Of a DNA stretch of 64,000 bases, positions 1 to 14,700 are shown piece after piece. The stretch is from assembly GCA_013239625.1 (NCBI GenBank), contig MU053810.1, positions 3,173,518 to 3,237,517 on the forward strand. The letters run 5' to 3'. The position numbers were made by a program, and so were the translations under genes. Positions within the stretch are counted from its first letter, which is position 1, and every line of letters begins with the position of its first letter. The notes under the pieces were generated by a model, which ran no database searches, was not told the DNA's origin, and worked only from the letters and a program-made list of their open reading frames with translations. This stretch comes from Lama guanicoe (taxonomy: Eukaryota).

Positions 1-1117
1 AGCCAGCTACACGTTCCTGGCCTGATTTCCCCTCCCAGTCTCTTTGTTCCTTTGTAAAGCCCGTGTTCAAGTCTTGTTTGTGGCCTAACATTTAAGGTTT
101 TCAGCCTGGTCTGGGGCAAAGGCTGTTTGACACTTGGCCTTCATCAGGGCAGCTCCCTGCAATTCAAGCTTTCAGTGCTAGGCTGGCGAAGGTTTGAAAG
201 GGTCTGCTTCCAAAGTAATTACTAGGTCAAACAGTGTTGACATTTTCCAGCTTAGAGAATACCTCAAGGTCTTCTGACTCCCTCTCAACACGCTAGTTCA
301 GTGTGTTTTGCACAGGTTACACGCCTAGAACCTTAAAATATGGTGCATAATGTTTTGTTTCGCACCAGTTAATCAGGAGAGGAGACTCTTGTCAAGTGGT
401 CCGGTCAGTGATTGAGGAGCCATATGAATGGAAGCATATTTTAAGACAGATCGCTTTTAGATGATTTTCTTAAATATAAATATCTCAACAATTCAAATTT
501 TTGGCTTTTTCCTGTAGTTTCACGAATTAAACACGTGTACAAAATGTATGAAAGTGGAAGTTCTTTAAACGAAAATAGTAACCACCACCTGGGTTAATCT
601 CAAAAAAAAAAAAGGATAGCTGTCAAAGCATGAAAATACTTTGCATTTTACATTCTGAACTCGTTCCCTCTCGCCCACCCCCATATATTAATGTCCATGG
701 AGCCAGTTACCCTAAAATTAATCAATCTATAGAAGGAAAGTTTATTCATTCTTAAATTTACACCATGTAAAATATCTTACTTTCCTCTGAATTGACTCCA
801 TCCAGCATTAGAATGACCGCTGTATAGTTGTTTTACCCTAGGACTATATTGTTTCTTTAAAAACAATAAAAATATTAAGGCAAAATAAAAGAAGATAATT
901 GAGACCAGGTAACAGCGTTAATTATTGATGTGTGCTCTTTATTGTTTTGCCATTGACCATGTTGCTCATCTCAACTTATAATTGCCAGTCCTTATAGTAG
1001 AATTCTTCTTGTTATCTTGTTAAAGACGGTTCTTTACCCAAATTAAAATACCTTTTTAGGAGCAGGGCTATAAAAAATTTATTATCCCAGGCATCACTGG
1101 CAATTAATTTATTTTAG

Positions 1118-3303
1118 ATCACCCAGACTTGAAACATATCGACCCAGTGGTTTTAAAACATTGTCATGCAGCAGCTGCAACTTACATACTGGAGGCTGGA
1201 AAGCAAAGAGCTGACAAATCAACTCTAAGGTACAGGATATATTTATATATCCATTTATTTTCAAATAGTACCTTTATGATTCCAATTTCAGTTTTTAAAA
1301 TGGAGACTAAAGTTTTGCTTTTTTTTTCTTCTTTAGCACCTCTCTGGAAGACTGTAAATTTGATAGAGAGAGAATAGAATTGTTTTGCACGGAGTATCAG
1401 GTTACTTCCTTAAATTTAAAAAAAATTAACAGTTACTATTTGTCTTCTACTGTGTTTGCAAAGATGTATTTTCTTTCTTTTTTTCCCCCTCCCAGAATAA
1501 TAAGAATTCCCTAGAAATCCTACTGGGAAGGTAGGTACTGTATAAGGTGTCAAGCTGAGCCACTTTTCACTTGCAGGTATGAATGGAGAGTACTGGTGTG
1601 AAACAAACAGGGCAAAAACCAGGGATCTAGACCAAAAAAAGGGGGAGGGGGGCAAAGGGCAAGTGAAACAATTGAAGTTAAGCTAATGTTTTTAAAGATA
1701 AAGTTTATTGAGATAATTTTTTAAATGCTCTTTTACTATTCAGAACTTGAAAATAAAGTTTAACAAAGTTTTAAATTCCGAATGGATTAAATTTGTGTGT
1801 GTGTCTGAGTGGGGGAGGTGGTAGACACCATTGTGGGTAAAGATAAATAACTAAAAGTTTTTCTTCAGTTATTATGAACAAAATTATCATTGTATCTTTC
1901 AGTATAGGCAGATCTCTCCCTCACATAACTGATGTTTCTTGGCGCTTGGAATATCAGATAAAGGTAAAGTTTAACAAAATGTTCTCTAAGGGAATTTAGG
2001 GAACTTTTTAAAAAAACAGTTAAGGACTGAAATTCATGTCTTGTGTTGTTTTAGACGAATCAACTTCATAAGATGTACAGACCTGCATATTTGGTGACCT
2101 TAAATGTAGAGGTATTTATACAAAAACCCTGTCTAAAAATTAAATGTGCAATGAAATTTAAAATTTCCTTGATTTAAATAAACAGCATATTTTTTCTTCC
2201 CTAGAACACTGATTCCCGATCCCATCCAGAGATTAGTTTTAGTTGCAACATGGAACAGTTACAGGTACAGTATTAGGATCTGTGAAAATGCCTATGTTTT
2301 CTTCATAGATTTTTAATTGAGAATTATGCCTATGGAAAGTTCAAAAGAAAATTAATCTAACCATCTGTCAGTAGACAATGAAGGTTGGTTAAGGATTTGA
2401 TGGGAAGAGGGCTTCAAAAGCAATATTTTAATGTAGGCTTCCCTTTTGAAATTAAGATGTTACTAATAGAGAATTGGTCTGCATTTGCTGTTCCCCCCAA
2501 TTAAAATAAACTTGTGTAGTGTTGAGTGTAAATTCTTTCTATTTGTGATGTGTTTGAGCCAATAGGACAAAGCAAAATGAAGAGCATGGCTTTGAAAATG
2601 TCTTCTTTGCTTACAAAAATTGAATTAAACTTTCAAAACAGGATTTTTAAATAGTGGTTTTAAATGACTTTTTATAAAGGAGAAAGTATACATAAAATTC
2701 TAAAACTGTTTATACTGCCAGTGTAAGACTGAGGGGATTCAAAACCACATTGATTAATGGACATGACAACAAATTTATTTCTTACTATTTAAAAAAATGA
2801 GTATCATTACTTGAAATTTTGATGAAATTGAATTTTTCAAAAGGAATGTCCTACAGTCTTTTTAATGTAACCATTAATCAAACTTTACGTGAATACAGCA
2901 TAGTCTTTGTTAGATAACTTGAGATATTTAATTTTGATATTCCTTGCCTGTTAAGAGGATTCAGTTAGAAACCGTATTTCACATTTGAGGACAAGTAGCC
3001 CATTTGAAGATGAGATAGTTTATAGGAAATCCTTCTTTTGACCTTTTAATTTTTTTAATATTTTGTATTTTAGAGGAAAACCTTCTCTTGATAGTGGCTT
3101 GTCAAAGGTTTTAAATCTTTGTGAATTTCAAACTTGTTTAGAAAGTGTCTCCCGTCTTTTTTTTTTTTTTGCATCTTTCTTAAACTTGAATACTTATTTC
3201 TCGTGTTTTATCCTAAAAACGTACCATCATATACGTTTTTCAGGACTTAGTAGGGAAACTTAAAGATGCTTCAAAAAGCCTGGAAAGAGCAACTCAGTTG
3301 TAA
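1118..3303 (+). CDS. COMMD3: COMM domain-containing protein 3, coding exons 2-8 (exon 1 lies upstream of the window)
   Basis: GT-AG exons 1118-1229, 1337-1400, 1496-1530, 1903-1963, 2055-2111, 2205-2264 and 3244-3303 splice in frame to HPDLKHIDPVVLKHCHAAAATYILEAGK...NNKNSLEILLGSIGRSLPHITDVSWRLEYQIK...DLVGKLKDASKSLERATQL*, recognisable as COMMD3. Position just upstream of BMI1 matches known synteny. Confidence 0.97.
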
Positions 3304-3587
3304 CTTGGAGAAGTTAACGATCTTTCTAGAGGAAGACCGGGAACGCCTTGCCGTTGGCCGAACCATCGTTTGTGCGAGCTGGACGTCTTCCTTTGCAGGA
3401 GAACAGATTTTTTTTCTTTTAGATTCCTGTCACTCACAAATTTTGACACTTCATTTTTTTTACACTTTTTAAAGGGTTAAGAGGGAAATTTTGCCTAAGT
3501 ATTTGAGTCATCTTTAGCATTATCTGTACCTGGATCCCATTTGATCTTTTTCAAGTCTTATGAAAGGAAGTACAGTATCACATTCTG

Positions 3588-3593
3588 AATAAA
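3588..3593 (+). terminator. COMMD3 polyadenylation signal AATAAA
   Basis: First AATAAA after the COMMD3 stop (about 285 nt downstream), followed by GT/T-rich sequence. Confidence 0.7.
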
Positions 3594-3749
3594 TAAGTTG
3601 TTCTCACAAAAAGAGTGGTGAGCGTGTGTCTAGATTTTAGTTTGTTAATTATTACTTTGAAGACATAGACACGATTGGCGTTAACTTTTAACGATCGCCT
3701 TGTCTCAGGATTAGTTAAACACAGTGGGGAAGAATGCGATCTCCGGGGT

Positions 3750-5550
3750 TGGTTGAAGACCCCAGGTTCGCGGGACGTGGGGAGCGGGCGCGGTAGCCCC
3801 GCGGCGGCAGCCGGCCAGTCCCCGTTACCTGCGCCCGAGGGCTCGCCCGCCGGGCACCCCAGGCCCGGGCCGTCCGGTCCCGCGCGGAGCCCGTGGCCCC
3901 GAGCGAGCGGCTGCCCGCGCGCGCCCCGCTTCGGCCACTGGCGGGCGGGGAGGGGGGTCGGCGCGGCCGCGGGAAGACCGGGGCGGGCGCTGATGTTTCC
4001 GCGAGCCCAACTCGGGCGCAGGTTCCGCGCCGCGGCGCCGGAGTCTGGGCCGCAGCCGGTGGAGCCGGCGGGGACGAGCGGGGGGCGGCGGCCGGGCGCT
4101 CTCCTCGGCGGGAGCCCGCGGACGTCTCCGCCGCTGGCGGAGGCGGGCGGCGGAAAGAAAGAAATAACGGGGGGTGGGGTGGGCTGAGCTGCGTGCGGGG
4201 CCGGAGCGATGCCCGCGCCGAGAGCAGGGTGGCGCATGTGGCGCTGTGGAGAAATGTCTCCGCAGCCGCGCCAGCGCCAGCGCCGCCGCCGCGCCGAGCG
4301 AGGGGGAGGGGGCCGGGTCGCGCTGCTCCGAGGACAGGGGGCGGCCGCGGGCCCGACTACACCGACACTAATTCCCAGGCCGCCCTTAAGGAATGAGGGG
4401 AGCACGTGACCNNNNNNNNNNNNNNNNNNNNNNNNNNNNNNNNNNNNNNNNNNNNNNNNNNNNNNNNNNNNNNNNNNNNNNNNNNNNNNNNNNNNNNNNN
4501 NNNNNNNNNNNNNNNNNNNNNNNNNNNNNNNNNNNNNNNNNNNNNNNNNNNNNNNNNNNNNNNNNNNNNNNNNNNNNNNNNNNNNNNNNNNNNNNNNNNN
4601 NNNNNNNNNNNNNNNNNNNNNNNNNNNNNNNNNNNNNNNNNNNNNNNNNNNNNNNNNNNNNNNNNNNNNNNNNNNNNNNNNNNNNNNNNNNNNNNNNNNN
4701 NNNNNNNNNNNNNNNNNNNNNNNNNNNNNNNNNNNNNNNNNNNNNNNNNNNNNNNNNNNNNNNNNNNNNNNNNNNNNNNNNNNNNNNNNNNNNNNNNNNN
4801 NNNNNNNNNNNNNNNNNNNNNNNNNNNNNNNNNNNNNNNNNNNNNNNNNNNNNNNNNNNNNNNNNNNNNNNNNNNNNNNNNNNNNNNNNNNNNNNNNNNN
4901 NNNNNNNNNNNNNNNNNNNNNNNNNNNNNNNNNNNNNNNNNNNNNNNNNNNNNNNNNNNNNNNNNNNNNNNNNNNNNNNNNNNNNNNNNNNNNNNNNNNN
5001 NNNNNNNNNNNNNNNNNNNNNNNNNNNNNNNNNNNNNNNNNNNNNNNNNNNNNNNNNNNNNNNNNNNNNNNNNNNNNNNNNNNNNNNNNNNNNNNNNNNN
5101 NNNNNNNNNNNNNNNNNNNNNNNNNNNNNNNNNNNNNNNNNNNNNNNNNNNNNNNNNNNNNNNNNNNNNNNNNNNNNNNNNNNNNNNNNNNNNNNNNNNN
5201 NNNNNNNNNNNNNNNNNNNNNNNNNNNNNNNNNNNNNNNNNNNNNNNNNNNNNNNNNNNNNNNNNNNNNNNNNNNNNNNNNNNNNNNNNNNNNNNNNNNN
5301 NNNNNNNNNNNNNNNNNNNNNNNNNNNNNNNNNNNNNNNNNNNNNNNNCGCGCCGCCGCCGCCAGCCGGCCTCGGCGCCGCTCCAGCCGCCGCCCGCTCC
5401 AGCCCGGACGCGCCGCGCGCGGCCCCACGTTTTAGTTCCTTTCTCCCCCGAGCGCCCCTCTACACCCTCGCGACGCACATGGCCCCCGAGAAGAACACTT
5501 CTATTTGCAGCCTCTGTGGCTCTCCCGGCCGCGGCGCCCTTTGTTGAGAG
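3750..5550 (+). promoter_or_regulatory. BMI1 promoter CpG island, interrupted by an assembly gap; E-box CACGTG at 4403-4408
   Basis: Very GC/CpG-rich stretch with GC boxes. The ...GAATGAGGGGAGCACGTGACC segment matches my recollection of the MYC E-box region of the BMI1 promoter. Confidence 0.85.
4412..5348. other. Assembly gap (937 N), probably containing BMI1 non-coding exon 1
   Basis: Run of N inside the CpG island; no recognisable BMI1 exon 1 sequence is visible on either side. Confidence 0.9.
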
Positions 5551-8500
5551 GTAGATTTGGATAAAACGGGGACGGATGCCTGAAATCGGGAGCTACTTGG
5601 GTCAAGTGGCTTCCCTCCTCTCCTGAAGAAAGGGCTTTGGAGGGGTTTAAACTGCCAGAGAACGCCCCCATTTTATAGGGACGGGTTGCGTGGGGGGCAG
5701 CGATCCCTCCAAGGTGAATGTTAGGCTGGAGAGAGCCCGAACAAAAATGTTATTAACTTAAGTTGGAGGGACACTTGTGTGAAATTGGATGGCTTGTAAG
5801 ATGGCGGTTCCCAGTTGTTTCCAAGGTCTCCTGCATTTGTGTTTAAAATGGTAAAGTTTTCGAGGTGTTATTTGTTGGGAGTCTCGGATAATGTTCTGCA
5901 AACATTACTTGGGACGTGCTCCCTGGGAAGTGGGCATTTCAAATTTGGAGCTTTTTTTGGAGTGATGATGGTGAGTGGACGTTAGTCTTGCAAGAGGTTT
6001 CCTCTCTTTCTTTCTTTCTTTTTCCTCTTTTCTTTTTTTCCCTCTCGGAGACTACATTTTTTTCTCTCAACCTCTAGCATGGGATAGTACTTAGAACCAT
6101 GACTTAAGTCCACAGCGTTTAATAGGTTTTGCTAAATGTCAGGATAGGTCATGTGGTAAAGAGATGCTTTGGAAAACGAGCACTAAAAGTTGATGGCATA
6201 TGTTTACGCATTGTTTTGGCTTTGACAGCGATATAGCATGATCATTTTCACAGAGATTTACAGTTAATAATTGGAAGTAAACAAGTAGAGAGACTTTGAT
6301 CATTCCCAATTGCAATAAAAGGATTTAGTGGGCTTAGTGGTCACGGTTCAATATTTGAAAGAGAAGCATGTATTAACCCCTTCCCTTATAGTAGGCAAAA
6401 TTCTGGGCATATTTATTTAAATCCAAATGTAGGTTAGTGGTGCCTAGAATGTTATGAGTAGTTCAACCTATATTTTATAGGACCCTTAACCCTCAAGTTC
6501 TGGAAACATATTATAAGCCACACTAAAGTCTTGAAACTTAAGAATGCCAATTGCTAACAGCATATAGGAAGCTATAATAGTATTTGAGTTTTATTTTAAG
6601 TAGACTGCTCAGAATCCCTTAGAGGTTGATTTTATGAACATATTCATACTTTTTTAAACACATGTGTACATCCATCCCAGAGTGCAAATGTGTTTGAAAT
6701 AATCTGCCTGTAAATTTATGCCTAGTAACAGTATCTTTAACGCCATATAAGAGTCACTATAAGAGAATTGAGCTTCTGTAAGAGAATTGAGCCACTTAGT
6801 TGTACTTGGTAAGTCCATTGATGCTCTACTACCAAGTTCTTGGGTGTGCATAAAGTGCCCCAAGGGCAAACTTCTCCCTAGGAGTCTAGTTAGCCCCAAC
6901 TTTACCCATACTTGTATTGGGCTGTGAGCCTCAGCTGGGGTTATGGAGTTCATTTGCATTTCTTAGATTGCAGTAGTCAAGCTGATTGTTAACATAAGAA
7001 CTTGCTTCTGTTTTCCTTCATTTTGACATTACTGGTTTTAGGCCTCCAACAAAACTGACAGCCCCAACTGAGTGTGTGTTATAATGGCAAGGTTTAACTA
7101 TTCAGTATTTTTTCCATTGTATGTTTGGTGCATTTTTGCTTGCTTAACTGGCATTTTCTGTTATGGAACTTAGAAGGTTTTCCTTTCTAAGGTGCAAGAG
7201 ATTGTTTCTTAAACCTTACCAAGTACATCAAATGTTTTGGAAGTCTTGATTAGGTTGCTAGTTTTTTCAAGTGGTATAAAAAGATAAGGAACTGATTCTT
7301 ATAGAAATAATAAGTGATATTTACCAGCATCATAAATGGTAATAGGGTTGTGGCCAAATTCTTTTGAATTGAAGTTAGAGGAGTTGTGTGAATTAAGACT
7401 TAAGATGAATTTGAAAGGGTTCTGGTCAAGTACATGTGACTTAAATGTTCAAAGCCAACCAGTAGATTACCCTTCACTGAGGTCTGATTGTTCTGTGTGT
7501 TAATATTTGTGTTTGTCTGGTGTTAGTTTTCTGTAAAGTAGAGGAGAAATAAAGGCAGCTGTTTTTATTGTAGACCCTTTCTGAAAGTCATGATCAGTGG
7601 CATTAGTGTGATGTGCTTTCACAAGGAGACAGAAGTATCACCTTGCTAACCCAATCTTTCTAGGAAACATCCTGCAGTTTCACAAGGAGAGGTGTCTTTG
7701 AGAACCAAGGCTTGTCTGTAATCACCAAGTACAATAGAATTAAATATTGCTACTCTTTAGAGACAGTGTTCCACCCACAACTCCTCTGCAACCCCACTTA
7801 GATTTATATTAACAGTATATTGACAGTATTTCTCTAAAGAAGTCATACAAAGATAACTGAGGAGTTACACAATGACATTTTCTGGTTGAAGTTGTTGGTT
7901 GCCACCATGGTCACCTTTCATAAAAGAGGCTTTGTTTTGTTTTTACTTTTTTTTTTTAAGTACTCTAAAGCTAGTTTCAGCCATTGATGTATGTTGATTA
8001 GTATTTCCCTCTTCTGCATTAAAAGTCCCTAAGAATTAAAACCTCAGATGCATCTTCAAGTTTCACAGGTTCCTAGATGTCTATTCAAGGCAGCTTTGAG
8101 AATGTACTTCAGATAAGTCTGGAAGCTTAGGCTTATTTCAGATTCTGAAATGAATGAAGTGGGAGTAAGAAATGCATTTTTCAAGAATACTGCACGAAGT
8201 AATTGACTTCCCTGATTGTCCGCTGGTGGATTGCTACTGACAGTTCCCCACCGTGACTTTTCTATGATATATGATATCTGTTGGGAATATCCTTTCATTG
8301 TATGGGGGACTACATGGAGGTTGGGCTGAGAAAATGACATTTGTTTTTCTGTGCCATAGATGCTCTGGGTTGACAAGGTGTTGATTTAGCTTTGGGAATG
8401 GGCTGGTCACATGGTTCTTTACATATTGTCACTATCATTGATTCAAGGAGTTTTTCTTGCCTCCAGCATAGTTCAGATAAAACAAGGCTTTGCCCACCTC

Positions 8501-8749
8501 GTCTGTTGTAAAACATTTCAGTTTTCAGCCTTTCCAAAACTTTGTATCGCTCATCTAATCTACAGGAGAACTTCCTATTAGAGAAGAAAGCTTAAAAGAG
8601 GTTCAGCTCAATAAGCATCTCTGCAATTTGAGCCCTGACGGTTTCGGGCTAAGTGCACAGTTGGCAATTCTCAAAAGATCCCTTCGTGAAAATTTTGACC
8701 CTAGTGATTGCTAACAGGAGAGGCCGAAAGAATCAGGATCTGAAAGAAG

Positions 8750-9330
8750 CTCTTCGCGCCGAGTCGACGTGGAAAGAGGCCCCCAAGAGTGTCGGAAATG
8801 GCCGGGAGTGCGGTTTGCATTTTCCTTTACCACTGCACGCTCCTGGGTCCCCCAGGCTGCCTGCCAGGTCGCCGCGGGCCGGGATCCTGCTCCCCAGCGC
8901 TGCGGGCCTCGTGGGGCCGCCCCAGGCCCGCGCCGTGCGCCCGCACCAGGCTGCCCCGCACACCCGCCGAAGCTCCGGGCTCGGCCGGGCTCCGCGCGGA
9001 GTTGCAGCGGTGGCCGGATGCCAAGTGTAAGTGTAAGTTGCTATGGAAACCCCGACAGAGGCGAGTTCCGAATCCGGAGTGAGATGGAGCCCCGGGCGCC
9101 GCTGGATCCGCCCCTCGCATCGCGGCCCCCGGGCGTCCGCCCGCTCAGGCCCCAGCCCGAGGCCGACTCGAGGTGCTTCTCCTGCGGCCCCAGCACCCAG
9201 CTCCGGAAATGCCAGGGATGCAGATAGAGCAGAATTGTTTTCCCTTTGTATCGGGTCAAAACGTGCCAGATTCGTGTTGCTGGAACCGCCTGTAACAACC
9301 AGAACCCCTGGGAAGCCAGGGCATGCTCCC
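8750..9330. promoter_or_regulatory. CpG island in BMI1 intron 1 with an RFX X-box (9037-9050) and tandem GTAAGT donors (9027, 9033)
   Basis: GC/CpG-rich patch in an AT-rich intron; GTTGCTATGGAAAC resembles the X-box consensus. Confidence 0.65.
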
Positions 9331-9744
9331 GGATTTTCGATCGAAGATCCATAAGGAAGTTTTACAATAAATTTGGAGACCTGGAACAAGCCCTAGCGGT
9401 TGGTAAATATCTGCGGGGATTGTGAGATGGCTGCAGCAGCCGTGGGGCTGCTGGGCTGGAGGACAAATGGAAGAAAGAGACCCGAATACGCGCAGCTCCC
9501 AGCCCCCACCCCAGACCTTTTCTTCTTCCTCCTGAAATGACCGGAGGGACTGGAAATTACTTTACTTGGATCCTTTTTCAACAGTTCAGTAGAATTGATT
9601 GAGGTCTGATTAGTAAATTCCTTCTGTAGAAAACGGTGAGACAGTCCAGCTTGTACAGTGTTCAACGAGTTTTATGAACTCCCTCAGCATTTCAGAGGGT
9701 AGGGTTATTAGGAGCTGGAGATAATCTCGATTCTCTTTCTGTGA

Positions 9745-12958
<3,214 letters not shown>

Positions 12959-14700
12959 TACCTGAGACTGTTGAGGAAAGAGATTTTAATCCCCTGATTT
13001 CTATAGATATCTTCATGCCATTACAGCTTTATAGATGCTAATACATGTGACTATCGTCCACTTTGCTTTCTTTTGTAGTGACATTAAATTTGGCTATAAA
13101 AGACGGACTAGATGTACTATTCATATGGACGTTAATGGAAAAGATCGTTCCTCTAAAGAATGGGTTTCTGAGAAAGCAGGCAAGATGTTTTTTTTCTGTG
13201 TGTTAGGACAGATGTGAAATGGTTTCTGTAACCATTGTTTGGATTTGAAAATCTTCTGCAGTGAATATAAACATTGGGCCATAGTTTGTTAATCTCAACT
13301 AACCCTACATTACATCCTCCTTGATTGTTCTTGTTATTATGCTGTTTTGTGAATCTGTAGAAAACAAGTGCTTTTTATCTTGAAATTCAACAAATGGAAA
13401 GAATATGCATAGAATAATGCATTCTATGTAGCCATGTCACTGTGAATAACGGTTTCTTGCATATTTAGCCATTTTGATTCCTGTTTGATTTTTACTTCTC
13501 TGTTGCGACGCAAAACCGATCAAAGGAAAGTGAACTTCAGTTTTACAATCTGTATGCCTAAAAGCGGGTACTACCGTTTATTTTACTGACTTGTTTAAAT
13601 GATTCACTTTTGTAAGAATCAGATGGCATTATGCTTGTTGTACAATGCCATATTGGTATATGACATAACAGGAAACAGTGTTGTATGATATATTTATAAA
13701 TACTATAAAGAAAATATTGTGTTTCATGAATTCAGAAATGGTTGTTAAATTCTCCCAACTGGTTCGACCTTTGCAGATACTCTATATTTGAGCCTTACCA
13801 GCATAGAATATTTTTAAGTGTGGATATCTGATTCTAAATTCTGTCCCATTGGAAGCAATTGGCATATTCGTAATACTGACTTTTCTCTAGTAATACATGT
13901 TTACTTTTAAAATTAATAGTTGCATTAAAGAAAAACTTTTAACTAAAGATTATGGAAATGCTGTCTTCATTTCCCATTGCTTATGGTGGAATTAATGTGT
14001 TTTTAAAATGCATATTGGTCACTGGAATTCTAAAACAAATTTTTAAATAAACCAGCAAATTACTGAAGAAAGCATTTTATCTAAAATTATTTTAGTATGT
14101 GGTATAGTGATCATTTCAAATTTAAGAGTTGCTTTTACAGTTATAAACAATGGAATATGCCCTTTGTAATATCTGGAAATAGAAGCAATTTATTGTGAGC
14201 TTCTACAGGTATTAATTTTTAAGTAGAGTGAGCATGTTGAATTTAAAGTACGAATATCCCCAACAACTTTCAGTTTGTGTTTTGCTTTGGTCGAACTTGG
14301 TGTGTGTTCATCACCCATCAGTTATTTGTAAGGGTGTTTATTCTATATGGATTGTTTCATGTTTGTATGGGAAAACTGTAGCTGAACATTTCATTGTCTC
14401 CAGTCTGCAAAAGAAGCACAATTCTATTGCTCTGTCTTGCTTATAGTCATTAAATCATTACTTTTACATATATTGCTGTTACTTCTGCTTTCTTTAAAGA
14501 TGCAGTAAATGAAGTTTTATGAAACCACAAAATACATATATTTTTATTTTGACCTAAATTTGTATAGTCCCATTGTAAGTGTTGTTTCTAATTATAGATG
14601 TAAAATGAAATTTCATTTGTAATTGGAAAAAATCCAATAAAAAGGATATTCATTTAGAAAACAGCTAAGCCTTTAATAAAAATTTGATATGAAAAGCACA
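12959..14700 (+). other. BMI1: BMI1 3' UTR with miRNA seed matches and tandem poly(A) signals
   Basis: AATAAA at 14636 and 14675. Seed matches: miR-128 CACTGTGA 13438-13445, miR-203 CATTTCA 14112 and 14387, miR-218 AAGCACAA 14414-14421, miR-194 CTGTTAC 14476-14482, miR-141/200a CAGTGTT 13676-13682. Confidence 0.85.

Noticed and set aside
3578..5554. Long ORFs of 373-616 aa
   Set aside because: Artefacts of the 937-N gap and GC-rich flanks.
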